Assembly (NCBI RefSeq): GCF_000002075.1
Contig: NW_004797348.1
Coordinates: 1,399,851 to 1,463,850, forward strand
DNA from: Aplysia californica
Lineage: Eukaryota
DNA: 64,000 nucleotides
Direction of reading: 5' to 3'
Shown: positions 25,801 to 39,268 of the stretch, piece by piece
How the letters are laid out: each line of letters starts with the position of its first letter
Position numbering within the stretch: position 1 is the first letter of the stretch
The notes under the pieces: model-generated
What the model was told of the DNA's origin: nothing
The model's database searches: none
Seen by the model: the letters and a program-made list of their open reading frames with translations, nothing else
Position numbers and translations under genes: made by a program

Positions 25801-28800
25801 AATCCACTTGTGTAGCCGCTACCTTGTGATCACAACCCAATATTCTTTTTAAAGAACGGAGAAGGGGGTCTAGTATTTACATAACATGAATGCTTTGGTT
25901 GTATGATGATTTATCTGATGAGAATAACAAGTATCGGAGTGAGCTGTATGATAAACATCAGTAAGGTACAGGGAATCTCAGACTGGCCGGCTGTGCCGAA
26001 TATCTCTTTCTGCCTGCTGAGACTTTTTATCCCTCTGAGCCCAGGTTAGCCTTCACAGTAAGTGACAGACAGGGTTAAAGCATCCTGACTCCTAAATGTC
26101 AATGGGAGTGTAAGAATATCTACAGTATCAAGTATTCAACTGGGAACCTTATTCAGCTCAAGTGTATGCCTACATTACATATGGCTGTTGATCAAATTAT
26201 TAATTAAGTCAAAAAATGTAAAATATTCACTACTTTCTTTTGAAAGTTTTCACCCAAGCAGGGCAAGACTACAGCAGTATCGGTTACAGTCCAGCTTATT
26301 TATCGAGCCTTGTCAAAGACATTTGTATCACATGTACTAACTACTTCCAGGATCTGTTGATTATGTCAGACTGTTCAGTTGAGCAATTGGGTCATTGTTT
26401 TGATTTGCAGACATGACATGAAATCCATAAGAAAAAGGCAACTTTGTTCAGTGGTTTTCATTAATATAGAAATCTTGTTGCGTGCTAGGTGTTACTTTTA
26501 TTCCATTGTGTCTCTGAGAATATGTCTATTATTGTGGTTACTTTATTCTGTTGTATATTTGTTTTTGTCTTGTGTTTATCTCCATACTGTTGTTTTTGAA
26601 AGTTGTCAAAGAAACAGGAATATGGAAATGTTTTGAGCAAAGTCTGGCAGCAGCTAGTTTTAGACAATTTACCCTGTTTGTATGTCTGATTTCGTGCACG
26701 TGTGTGGATATGTACAGTCAGATTGTTGGTTGTGAGGCTTGTAGATAATTGGCAAGTAGACTTCAAAAAATGCACCAGTGCAGTGAGAAGTTGCTTTACT
26801 TAAATGTATTCTGCAGCGCTAGAATACCAGGCTTCATGTCCAGTCCCTTTCAACTCTCACTGGAATGCTAAATGTGATTTCAAGTGACTCAAGAAAATGA
26901 AGTTGCTTTTGGTGCATTATTGTTGATTGTTCTTTCTATCAGTTTCTTCTTCTTTTTTACAAGATAATGTGTTTTTTGCTGTCAAATGGGTGGTTTCTTT
27001 TCTTTGTGTCTTGGCACTGTCAAACTTAGGAGCAACGAAAAAAATGTTCCCTTGAGAGTTTTTCTTACCTTTCAGCCATCCCTATCCCTTGTTCTCCTTT
27101 TGAGTTGATCTTTTTTTTTTGGTATATGATGACTTTCAGATGTTTTAGAGTTGAAAAATGGGGATCAATAAAAGTTACTCCAATCCAAAAGTACAAGTCA
27201 ATCATGTGGAAGAAAGCCTCAAGAGCAGGGGTTTTTCCCTACCTTTTCTTACATCAGATTCAAAAGATAATAGCTGAACAGCTTTCCTGAATCAAAATGG
27301 GGAAAGAATAACAGAAACCATGAAGAACTCAATGACTTCCTGGCTCACTTCTCAGAGTGATGTGGCTCATTTCAAAGCATTGCTGCTTGCAACATAGAAT
27401 GTGTCTGCCTATTATGAAGAGGTCACCAACCAAGCGGTGGAAAATCTCTGCTCTAAACACTAGGTGGCTCCTAAACAAACCTGAGGAACTGCTCTGCCGT
27501 AAGCTAACAAAATGCCTTTTTTCATTTTTGACATCAATTTTTTTTTTTATTTTTGCTAAATCGAAAGCCTGATCAGTTACCCTACTTGTGTGAAAAAAAG
27601 TTAAACTGGGACCACTTTTTGAATAAATTAGAATTCAAATTTCGGAAGAACACCTTTTTTTAAGGGTTACGCTAACAAAAAACCTCTTTATCTCGTAACT
27701 GCTGTGAATTTTTAAAAAGGCGTTTTGTCAGCTTACGGCATTACTGGTAGCATTGGTCTGTTTTTTCTGTTCTGGAAACATCATTGTCTGTGATATTGGT
27801 CCTAGTGAATCTTTCTTTGTGGCCTTACAGATGTTGTTGTTCCATGTTCCCGCCGTACCTTTCACTCGTCTTGTGACCTTCCCAGGCCTGCTGGTTCCCT
27901 AGATGACATTCTGTGTATACTTATGGGACTGTAGATAATCATGTGCTCACACCTTGCTATTTATCACTTGATGTAGTTTGTTATATTACGCAGGCTACTA
28001 ATCTGCTGGGTTTATGTGTAATGTTTCCGAGTACATTGTATGTTTGTGTATCATAAGGCACAAGTTCTCTAGAAGTGGCAATTCTTGCCTGTATATTCTC
28101 CTAACGCAAACTGTAAGCAGTCGCTGAATGTTTAGCTGTGTTGTGTGTAGGGTCGTAGCTAGCAGGGTAGAAGCATGTTTGTTAACCCTGACAAAATGCA
28201 GACGTTTATTTTTTAGAGTTTGAATCCGGTAGTGCCATTTAAATCGAACGCACAGTTTATTCTTTTCTAGTTTCGGCACCTTTTTTTGTAATGATATAGA
28301 CTGTATTTGTCATGGTGTATGCTCTTAGTACAAGCTACCAAAACTGTTGACTTTATCATGGTGGAATTTATTGTCGAGCCAACCTGACATTGAGTAAATT
28401 CATTGAGTGTGAATCTTAGAGTTAGGTAAGAAAAGAATGCACAATTATTTATTGCTAAAACATTGGGGAGTTTTGATCGTTGCTTATAGTCTCCCTTCAC
28501 CCTGATGTAGCTAAATAGAGTGGACCAATTCCAGCAAAATAAGACAAACAAAAATCTTCTTGTAGTTTGGAATTATTACTTATTTTTCATATATATCAGT
28601 TTTGGTAACAATTTTTAATTACTCTTTCACAACTATCTTTTCTTCAATTCCAGAGTTCTTTTTTTTTAAATTTGCAGAACACATGTCCATGTATGTACAG
28701 TATTTGGTATGTCCTACTCTCAGTTATACGTAGTAGTATAAACTGGAGAAACATAATTTTTTCTTTTCATACCTCTACTTTATCTAGAGATTCGAACTTC

Positions 28801-31130
28801 TCTAGTAAGATAGTTCTCCCAAAAGCAAAGTTAACAAAACTTTCAGCATACTGAAATGTTTATCTAGATTTCGTAATAATGTGAATTTATTTTTTCCAAA
28901 TACAGTCTGTTAGATGGATGACCGCCTTTGTTATGTAAAACCTTTACAACTGACAAGTGGCATTTTTAAAAGTTTGCTTCCTTTGGCACTGGCGCAGATA
29001 TTCAGTTAGTGAAATTTAGAAGCTTATCAGGGATATGTATTTGATCTCAGTGCAACAGCCAGGGTAGACTACAAAGAGGTAGAGAACTGCTGATGTCAGT
29101 TTTGATGAAATCATAAAATGAATGTGAATACTGGCATAGAGACCGAGTTTTTGAATGCCACAGATAGTACATAGAACAAAGAAAAAATGGTATCTCCAGT
29201 TCAAACTGTTTATCAAGGTTAATGTAGAACCATTTCACGGCAGTACTGAAAAGGGTTTATCTTTTGTTACTTTGTACATTTACCACTTACTTTTTGAAAA
29301 AGACAGTCATTGGAGAGGGGGACATTTTAGCAAAATCTTTCTTCATCTCTTCAGAATCTAAATTACTATGTCAGCTGACGTTATTTTAGTAGCTCTATGC
29401 GTGGTCTGTTTGGTTATCTCAGTTATTGCCAGTTCAGGTCAGGAAATGATTTTAATACCTGTGCCAATTCTAGCAAGTTTTGTTTTGTTCTGTTTGATGA
29501 GGAGAGCTTCAGGAATGGTTGCCTGTAACATGATTCTTCATACACTGTCTGTGCTTTTGATGCTACTGTCCTTATTTATTTACACTAAACATGTCCATTT
29601 CTTTTAACTTGATCACTGTTTTGATGATAAAAGAAATCTCATTTGTCAATAATTGTTCTATTTGTAAAGCTGCACAATTATGCTTTGTACTTGTACTTAT
29701 TGATGCTGATATCAATGTGAAGAAAGAGAGAGATATAATTTATATTGTTATACGATTTTATTTTGATGTAATTTTGTAATGTCTTCTAACTTGAAAGATA
29801 TACATATATGTGAACTGGTTTGTTGTTTGGTACAAACAAAAATGTGTTGACCCAAATGCCATTTATTGTTGCAAGCTGTATCCTGCTCTAACAAATATCA
29901 ACTAAAGTGTACATAGAAAAACAATCATTATTTCGTGCCATGCGTGGGGACTCCCGGCAAATGTAAACGACTGTCACTCTGAAGGGCGAGCTGATCCTCT
30001 TCTTTTTTTTTCCTTGTTTCAACGCTGACTTTATGCCAGTCTTTGGCAGTTGTCAATACGTGAGAGCTTGTGGGTCATGTTTGGAGGGTTTTTGTTCAAA
30101 CATCTAGAACCCCTTTGTTACTCAAAGATTCTTTATCATTAATGGAGCCTATTACTAATTGATTTTCACTGTTGTGTTGTCTAGTACCATATTGTTTTAC
30201 CACTCTGTGACTGTTACCATATTTTGTTGTTTGAAATATTCTTTTGTATAAGAATGTGAAGTAGACCATGGCTGTTTATGAAAGTAGGAAGTATTGGGAG
30301 TTTTGTGGACTTGTTTTTGTCTTAATTTTCTCTGACTTTCTGCCTATGTTCAATAACCTTGTACTTTTAGTTTCTCATAATCATTACAAATTGTGTTGTG
30401 TATGTTTCAGTGTTGTAGAAACTACATGTAACTGTCCTCAGACTGCCTGTACATACACTTTCCTATCTATTATTACGTGACTAATGAAATGTACAAGCAT
30501 TATCATGTTGTGATGTTTGCTAGTCTCGATGTCGTGAGGGGTTCAAGGTCACAGGAATATAGCCCAAACGTCAAAAAGGGAAGTAATTCACAGTCTCATA
30601 TATTTCTAATGCTCTGAAGTTTTATTTCGCTGCTCTCTTTGATATTTATTATTCATCCCCCCCCCCCCCCCCCTTCAGTTCTTGAGCACCCAAGCTAGAT
30701 CTTTCTAGGAATATTTGACGAGAACAATATTTTACTTTAAAAAATTTTATTGAATGGACTTCAAGGTAAATGGTCACACAAATTTCATTTTTATACCTCC
30801 AAGGTCTTCTCACATCTAACATATGGAAACAGTTTTTTCAAGCAGACTGAAAAACTGTAGTTCAAGCCTTCAGCAGTACAATTATCGTTCAGAGAGACCT
30901 TGTGATTTATGATTTCATGTACATTTTTAATAAGTTCCAACATGGTCATTCTTTACCAAGGTATTAATTATGAGCATGGACTAAGTTTTATTCAATTGTC
31001 TGAAAATTTCAAACATATTTTTGTCCCCAAATGTTGTGTCACATTCTGTAGAAATCACGCATTACATTTTTACTAGGTTTCCGCTCCCTTAACTTGTATG
31101 CTGTTCACAAAATAAAAGTAGTAAGCGTAA
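22847..31130 (+). other. Probable very long MEF2 3'UTR (end uncertain)
   Basis: T-rich + strand, no gaps or recognisable TEs, several TGTANATA elements, AATAAA at 31111-31116 near where the strand skew flips. Confidence 0.45.
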
Positions 31131-31504
31131 GCTGTTCTCTGAACTACAGAACTGAAGGTCTTGTGCATAGAAGTCAGAAGGTAAAGATTTGCATCTTAAG
31201 TGTTTCAGACTACGAAGTCACTCTCACATTAATCTGACGAAGTTTTTACATTTCATGGATTCTGTGAAATGTAACCCTGAGGAGACAAAGTTACCTTTTC
31301 ACAATTTGTTTAATTTCTGTAGGGTGAGAAATGGTATCAAAAACACACCTCAGCAATCACTGATAGCTTATGAAATATTCATGTGTACAATGTTACCATT
31401 TTGTAATGATCACGACCCACATTAAAATATATATATAAAATATATATCTATAATGCAGGTGTTAAGTGTTGTTTTTTTTGTTAATTAATTACTAATCAAT
31501 AATA

Positions 31505-31612
31505 AGGCTATCAGACTAATCGAGAGGTTACGGGTTCGGGGGTTTGTGCCGCAGGGAAAGGCACTTTACACAAATTTCCATCAGTTCATCCAGGTGAGAA
31601 TGGATACCCAGT
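31505..31612 (+). mobile_element. Degenerate SINE copy
   Basis: gaggttacgggttcg (B-box-like) + gtgccgcagggaaaggcactttacacaaatttcc...catccaggtgagaatggatacc. Confidence 0.5.
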
Positions 31613-33291
31613 CATAGGCAGCAAAAGATCTTGTCACTATGTGAGTGTTTTTTAGCACCTTTAAAATGGCAACTTAAACTGTATGCTTCCCAGGAAGTTG
31701 AGTTTGTTTCAGAAAGCTGTTTCAACACAATACATGTAACTTGTGTAACAACTGTTTTGATGGGAACAGAATCGGGGAACAGTAACAGTAACACAGAAAA
31801 AATTATCAAACAATAGCAGTGCCTACAAACGTCAGTACAAGTATCGGTATTTCAAATTTCTGTATGATCAGTTAAAGAAAAACAAACTGTTGTATGACAA
31901 AAAGCTACACAAAAAACTGGTCTATGAAACAGATCAGACCAGTCTATGGGGGTGTTGTAAGGAGCTAGAGATGCAGAATAATGAACAACACATGAAGTAA
32001 AATATAGTGAGTTGGAGAATACAAAAAGTCGGCAACACAATAGTTACATACCACCGTAGACTGGAATTTGTAACACAGAATAAAAAAAATAGTGAATTGC
32101 ATTGCAGGCATTCTCCTAGGAGAGACTGTGGAGGGAGAGACGGTCAAAGCCTCCACAACCTGACCCAGATACAGGAAAAGCCGATGCAGAAGCTGAAAAC
32201 TTGGAACATCCTTTACTTTTTACTTTATAAGTAAAGGGAAGCTCGTTGACAATAAGAAACAATAAAAGGGGGAAAATATGCTGGAACTACCAGTGGCATC
32301 CTCCAATCACCCTTACTAAGACATTAAAAGAACAACCAGAGAGGAAACATTTTACAAACTGGAGCAAGTAATACAATGGAACTTGGATTCAACAAAGTCA
32401 TCAGGCCTGGCCTTCAATTTTGTTGAATCCGAGTGTTCGTTGTAGCAAACATTAGGTTTTTGTTTAGATAATTACAGGCTTCATGAAAGTAATGTATATT
32501 GAAGTCGACTTCCTCAATCAAAAGTTGTTTGGTTTCAAATGAAAGGCGTTTTCGTTTCTTCGATGCTATACGGAAGAAATGCTGGAAAATTTTAGAATAC
32601 ATTGGACTCTACCACCAAGCACACACTGTGCAAAAGGTCCAATTTGTACAAATGCATGCCTGTGTGATATATCATTTATGTTCGCCAACGTTTGCCGAAC
32701 AAGTTGTGTTGCTGTATAGCCTAGCAAACAGCGTTTGATTCCACAGACCTGCACGAACTTCATTTCGTAGATCTTTGCCAAGACTAGCTTATCAATATCA
32801 TTATAATATTGATCAGAAGTCAGGGGGAAAAGGACAGAGTGCTGTGACGCGTTTGTATCTCTACTGACTACTGACCATCCACGCACGCACCACTAGTGCC
32901 CCCTCCCCTAGACACATGGACACAGTCACACTTGTGCTGGCTGCCCGCTCGACCCCGACACACGCTGAGACACGTGGGTGTGCCAACAACGGGTGTGTTG
33001 GTATGAAAGAAGGATGTTGATTGGTTGCAAAAGATGAAAACTATAAGCTACAGGCTAAGCGAATAATGGTCCCCGATGAAGGTGCCATGGATGGTTTCTG
33101 GGAATAGACAAGTTTGTTGCAGGAGAAAAATGGGCGCAGCCACGTCAGCGGGGGTGTGTCCACCCTGCGACTTCATTAATAATAGCTTGCTCATTTATGT
33201 CTTTGTTGAAACCAAGATATTTTTATTGATTTTAATGAATTAAAAAACGAAGAATCCATCTCCTTTCATTGAATTGGAGCTCGTATTTCAG

Positions 33292-33749
33292 TTTTTAGTA
33301 AGAGTTTTACAGCACTTGCAACACAATAAGGTCATATTAATTCCAATGATATTAGAGGTGTTTTGTGTTTTAGTAGAGGTTTTACGGCACTCGCATAAGG
33401 TCATAAGAGCGCCAGAAGATTAGGTGTTACAAGAGAGTAACAAACATAAAAAAGGAGGGGAGACATGTTTTAGTAGAGGTTTTACGGCGCTCGCAACTGC
33501 ATAAGGTCATATGAGCGCCAGAAGATCAGAGGTGTTACAAGAGAGTAACAAACATTAAAAAGAAGGAGGGGAGATAAGGACGACAGATGTTTGATAGGAA
33601 AGCAGAAGCAAACCACACCAGAGCACTCGCCAACCACCCACATTAGAGGTGTTATAAGAGAGAAACAGAAAAGAAGGAGAGATAAGGACAATAAAAGGTT
33701 GATAGGAAAGAAGGAGTAAACCACATCAGCGCACCCGCCAATCACCCAC
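33292..33749 (-). mobile_element. Tandem cluster of four truncated retroelement 3'-end copies (family Y)
   Basis: Repeated tttagtagaggttttacggcRctcgca..taaggtcata.gagcgccagaagat.agaggtgttacaagagag; GGCGCTC...GAGCGCC stem like I/Nimb-type LINE/SINE 3' ends. Confidence 0.7.
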
Positions 33750-35075
33750 ATGTGACAGCAGATGAGAGAGACGTGGCATCCAGCCAATCATGAACTTATT
33801 GGAACCTAACATCCTCCTTGACATAAAAGAAAGGGTACTTGCGTCGGGACACTGCAGGCAGAAAAAATGTGCCAATGAGGATAAAAAAAAGACAAAAATT
33901 TGGCCCCACTCAGGTTTGAACCTGAAACATCTGCACGGAAGATTGTGTTTGTAACCTGCTGCTCAACAAGAATCTGAGTTGGTCAGACAATCAACAACAG
34001 ACTGAACAATTGACAACATAACAAAAGTTAAGTAATTTCACAAGACTTTAATAATGTACTATATATGACAACATCTTCAATTCTTTACAATCAAAGAATG
34101 AGGCAAAACAAGAATTCACACAGATAGCCACAATTCTCCACTTTGAATTTGTGTTCCTCTACAACAGTTCAAAAAACACAATGGTCATACGGATTTGAAC
34201 CTTTACTTTACAGCACAGTATGGACAAGAATTTGCGATGTTACATGAAGATTATACCTGTCATTTGACAAGAAATAAATTAAAAAACCATTCATTTTTAT
34301 CAAAGTTCTTCAAAGACAAAAAAATAGTTCATAACAGTCACACTTGCCCTCCCAGCAAGACAAAGGACAACTTTCTGCAAAACAAACCATAAAAGTCTGA
34401 ACTAAACATGAAAAAAAAATACCTTAACCTATTAGCATACAGATGATAAAATGACTCGAGAGATTCACTATGTAAATAACAATACAAAACTGACAACTCT
34501 TTCATTCCAATGTTTTGCTGCAAATCCTCACATTATATAACAGATGAACATGTGGCTGCCATTTACATTCAAGGTTACACTTCACATTTACCAACCATCC
34601 TTACTTTGCTTTTCAGTTTCTTGAGGACACAGCGTGTACATTATGAACAATCTGAAAAAGCGCTATAAATAGATCACTCAAACTCGCTTCCATATCCCAC
34701 ATCAAGCACTCAAATCAAAAATCAACCTTTATTGCTGAATATATTAAATTAGTCAAAAACCAGGAGACAAAAACCCAAAGAAAACGAACAATGGAAGAGA
34801 GATAAACACAAAAATTTGACAAATGAAAAAAATTAATGTAATATAGCTTTTCCCATATTTAGCCACAGTAGGCTATCTATTTTCCAGGCAAACTGAAAAG
34901 TTTAAGCAATTGTTTGCATTATTGAAAGCCACTGCCCTGCAACACTGCAGGCCATTTCAAAGGCAGAGTATTCATGGAATCAAACCAGGATCACCCATAT
35001 TGCTGTCCTGCTTAGTACTCCCTGACCCAACAGATGGAGTCATTGTGGAGCAACACCTAAAAAGAGACAGTTACG

Positions 35076-35233
35076 TTTTAGTGAGTTCTACAGCACTTGC
35101 AACCCAAATATATTATTAAAGTGCCTAAGACTTCACGTTTTACTAGAGAGCAAAGAAAAGGAGAGGCAAAGACAACCGATCATTGATAAGAAAGAAGGAG
35201 CAAACCACACCAGAGCACCCACTACTCACCCAC
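35076..35233 (-). mobile_element. Family Y degenerate copy
   Basis: ttttagtgagttctacagcacttgcaac ... gaaggagcaaaccacaccagagcacccactactcacccaca. Confidence 0.6.
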
Positions 35234-35589
35234 AGAAACATGAAACAACATTAGACAGAGATGTTCAACAAACACTGACAGGAAGAACTTGGGAGGAACT
35301 ATTTGGGTGTGGACATATTTCACCATTATAACACTGGAGAGAAGACAAGAAAAGAAGCCTTGTAAGTGAAACAAGTCAGTACTTTCTCAATCTTGTAGGC
35401 TTAACCCCTAAATCAGTGCTTGTCTACCTTATTATAGCCAGTGCCCACTTTTGCCTTTTATCTGTCATCTTAAAAAGCCTAAAATCACCATCCCGCCATC
35501 TATATGTATTTTGAAGTGGTGCATTAAAGTTCAAGAAAACTTGTTATTACCCGGGCGAACCTCACCCTCCATCAAAATTACAGAATAGC

Positions 35590-35603
35590 CCACTAGAGGG
35601 CGA
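35590..35603 (+). promoter_or_regulatory. CTCF-like binding motif between the two genes' coding regions
   Basis: CCACTAGAGGGCGA, 13/14 match to the CTCF core. Confidence 0.4.
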
Positions 35604-36998
35604 TACCACCCAGGTTCGCAAGCATTTCATGTGATTGTAATGTCACTCCCTTCGCAGGCTTGTTCATTGTTATTTACCATCTCAGTTCCAAGGGGGACAT
35701 ACAGCGTGGCAGTCTCTTAGGAACCCTGGTAACTACTGTATTGTTCACTGCTTTTAACTATTTTCATAACAAAGTATAAAAAGACACAAAGGGCATTTTA
35801 AAAAAGGAATGATGGAACTACAAAACTCGACGAAGGCTGCACATTTAGTCAACATGACATTGTGTACAATGGAATGAAAAAATGTTAATGACTCGTCATT
35901 CTCCAGTCACACTATACAGAACAAGAAATATGAATGGGAATCTCTCAAACCTGTGTATACAACCTGTGACTAAACTCCACCAACATTGATCTGAGAAATC
36001 TTTGTACAGACATCCTTTGCTTTAATTAAATGAACAGCTAAAACACTGCATCATACAAGTGTACAACTCCTCTCCACATGACAAGGTTATTTAAAAGGCG
36101 GGACCACAACACAGCTGAGTATAAATCATGTGGACAACCATGAAAATGTTGTAAACTCCTTACTTAAATAACTTAATGAAGGACCCTTATTGATTTGAAC
36201 CAGGGCTTCCCTTTAGCTTAGTGTAGTTATAATCCAGCAGAGTACACATATGCATTCCTTCATAATGGCAAGTTACGTCCATTCATAAAAGATCTGTTCA
36301 CACTCAATGGTACTGCATCCACTGGGGTTGAAGAAAGAACCAGAAAGCTGATGGAAACGAGCCTATTTCACAACTTGCCCTAAGCAGGTGGGGAAAACAA
36401 TAGAACTACTCCTAGAGCAAGTTTATTCAATTATAAAGTTAAAAACCTGAAAAACCAAGTTTTACGAATCTACCCAAACAGACACAAAAATATAATACCA
36501 TGAAAAGTTGTAGAAAACTGGTCACAATTTTCCATGACAAACTTTGTTCATGGCAACAGATCGAACTTCCACATTAAAGGAGCCTAGAAAAACTAAAAGA
36601 AAAACATCAAACATTTCCAGAGACAAAACATAGCCCAAAAGACTACATCATTGCAAGGATTCTGCGTCTTTTAGCAAAACATTGACAACTGGGAGTGTCA
36701 ACCGTCTTGCTAGACAAATGTTATGCTGGTGAATCTAACAAAAGCAAAAACTACCGTTTCAAAAGTCTACGCAAGCTGATGGTCATGGAGGGCTGAACAA
36801 AATTTATCGCTAATGCAAATGAACTACACCCCTAACACCCTTAATACAATTTAGGCAATTTTGGGGATATGCTGCATTCACTGTCTGTCATGGCAGACCC
36901 AGACTGACAGAAATCCCAGACTGACAGAAATATACACCACAGGAAAATGGATGAACGCCAATTTTAAAAAAACCCATTGTCCCCACCTGAGAATCAGA

Positions 36999-37429
36999 TG
37001 TGAGGCATCATGGTGAAATCATGCACTCGTCAAATAAATGAAATCGAAGAAATCAGCAATTTTCGGCCAGTTTGGCAAATTTTTTTTCGAATTTTTGTAT
37101 TTTGTTTAACACCTTGTATGTCCATTCAAAAACATTTATGTGTGGATTTTACAGAAAAACATTGATTAAAGGCACAGAAAACGTAAATTTGCAGTTTCCA
37201 AAAACTCTCAGGCAATGGAAGTTATCAAACTTTGGCGGCCATTTTCTCGTTAATTTTACCTCTAAAAGCCTGCAACCCTGACCTCCAATCGCAAATATTT
37301 AGACTTCCATTCAACATGGATATTTTTTTTCCCTAAAAGAAAGGCAAATAACCAGGCTTTAAGATCATACCAATAACCCCGTATGCCTAAAAAATTGACG
37401 AGTACCTGATTCCACCACGCCATGACACA
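36999..37429. mobile_element. ~431-bp TIR-bearing non-autonomous element (family X), copy 1
   Basis: Ends TGTGAGGCA..TGGTGAAATCA..CTCGTCAA / TTGACGAG..CCTGATTCCACC..TGACACA; colinear with 46838-47268 and 62158-62604. Confidence 0.8.
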
Positions 37430-38738
37430 AATACTTTTGTGTGCATGACTAAGACAGTAAGCGTTAACAACGAATGCCACTGGGAACCGTGTGGGAGAAG
37501 ACAGACAGTATTACAAGAAATTAAGTTCCAGTAACATACATACGTGAACTGATAAGATAACTAATCAACTGCTTGGAAAGAACAGATTGGAAAAAAATCA
37601 TTTTATAATGTACAAACAAGATTATTTCACACTTTTTGTGTTTTTTTAAAGTTTTATCAACATGAAACTGACACCTGCAACAAAAAAGTAATCCTTTGAT
37701 TACACAAAAGTGCCAACAATGATTAAGACCCCAAAAAAGAATCTATACAAGATTTTTCCATGACAAGTGAAAGGTAAAGGTACAAAGAAAAACACCTACC
37801 AGTCATCAACACGACAAAAATGACAATTTCATTCTAAATAAGGACTTGAGGGACACAATCCGCAAATACTGCACTTTCAGCGAAATATACCATCAGCATT
37901 CGAAAATTTTTGGAGACACCAATGGACACAACTACAATGGCTTTCAGTGAGCGACAAAAAGACAGGCTTCATCAAGGAATGCATGTCTACTGAGACCATA
38001 ATTCTAAAACTTTTTTTTCCAGGACCATCACAGCCACACTAAAATTAAAAAATCAGTCTTCTCTTGTATTTACACTTTCTGGTTTCAAGGTGTTTTCCAA
38101 CTGACTCATCGGTTTGATCACACAAAGGAGAATTAATTAAGTAAAAATGAAGCACATATCATAAAGCAGCTGGCCCATCTTTCCTGTTCTTCAAAACAGA
38201 ACCAAATCTTCAGTTGTCCACAACATCTTTCAGTTGTAAACCTATAACCATGGGTATAAAAGAAACTGCATAACTATCGCTTTCATGACCATATACAACC
38301 TAGGGATGACCAGTAACCACATATAAATAGAATTTTGTCATGTACATTTTGCCAAACCTTTTTTCAAACCTTCAAATCCTCACAGAATGTGGATCTATTT
38401 TGCATTTCCAAAAAATTAAAGAAAGAGCAAATTAGAAGCTGACTACAGGATGTCCCACCATGTTGACGACGAGCTGTCGGAAAAATCTTCAACTTGTTCA
38501 ACCTAAGGCACTAGATGCAATCAGATCACTCTTCAATCAAAAAGTCACAGTAAGTTGCCTATAGTCAGTTTCCCATGCCTATTCTCCATTTTATCACACT
38601 CTATGGTTTTAGAAATCACCAATGTGTCTGTGAGAATGCATGCTATTAGCAAGTTTGTGCAGACTAAAATAGTCTTTCAATGGAGATTTTTTTTTCTAAT
38701 ATATTTTGTGTCTTCTTTGTCCTTAATACTGTACTTCT

Positions 38739-39268
38739 TCAAACTCCCCAAGACAAACCTTTCAGAAACTCATCGAAATCTGCATCAGACATAGCCTCAA
38801 GGTTGAGAGCCTGCGACTGTAATGTGCTGGAGGGGGAATGAGTACTGATACTGGGGGAACCGTTGAGGATGCTCTCCACCGGGGCTAGTGGCGGAGGGCT
38901 GTCCCGCACAGGATGTGGCGAGTTGTGAGACTGGGAGCTCGTTGAAGGATATGGGGTGGTCGACACACAGGATGAATGACTAGCACTGGCAGACGAAGGC
39001 GAGGAGCACTGTGAATTGCTCAGGACAACAGGTGGGGAGGCGGGCATAGCTGCAGCTGGGGTGGGTGATGGGGTGTCCAGGGTGATGACGGGGGGTGAAT
39101 TGACTGGATCGCTTGAAATGACGGCATCGTCATCGTCATCTTCATCTGAGCTGTCTATGGTTAGATCAATGATGGGGCCTTTGGACGAAGCAGGCTTACT
39201 TGATGACGACGACACAGTCCCTGACCCTCCCATCAGCTGTGAGGACATCGTCGTCGTCGTCACTGTCG
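38739..39268 (-). CDS. PIAS: PIAS last exon, long frame ([19 protein letters not shown], Ser/Pro-rich tail, ends [11 protein letters not shown])
   Basis: Canonical PIAS SIM/acidic domain; in-phase acceptor ctcttatcatcatcag|CG at 39268 (exact acceptor less certain, see findings). Confidence 0.85.

Noticed and set aside
33292-33749. Repeat-spacer look-alike (CRISPR)
   Set aside because: Eukaryotic locus, degenerate variable-length units, dispersed copies elsewhere; retroelement remnants.
33895-33970. tRNA-like sequence on the - strand (also 9482-9510 on +)
   Set aside because: No complete cloverleaf; most likely decayed SINE heads.
38664-38672. CTAAAATAG resembling a MEF2 site near the PIAS stop (also near 44318)
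   Set aside because: One base short of YTA(A/T)4TAR and common in AT-rich DNA.
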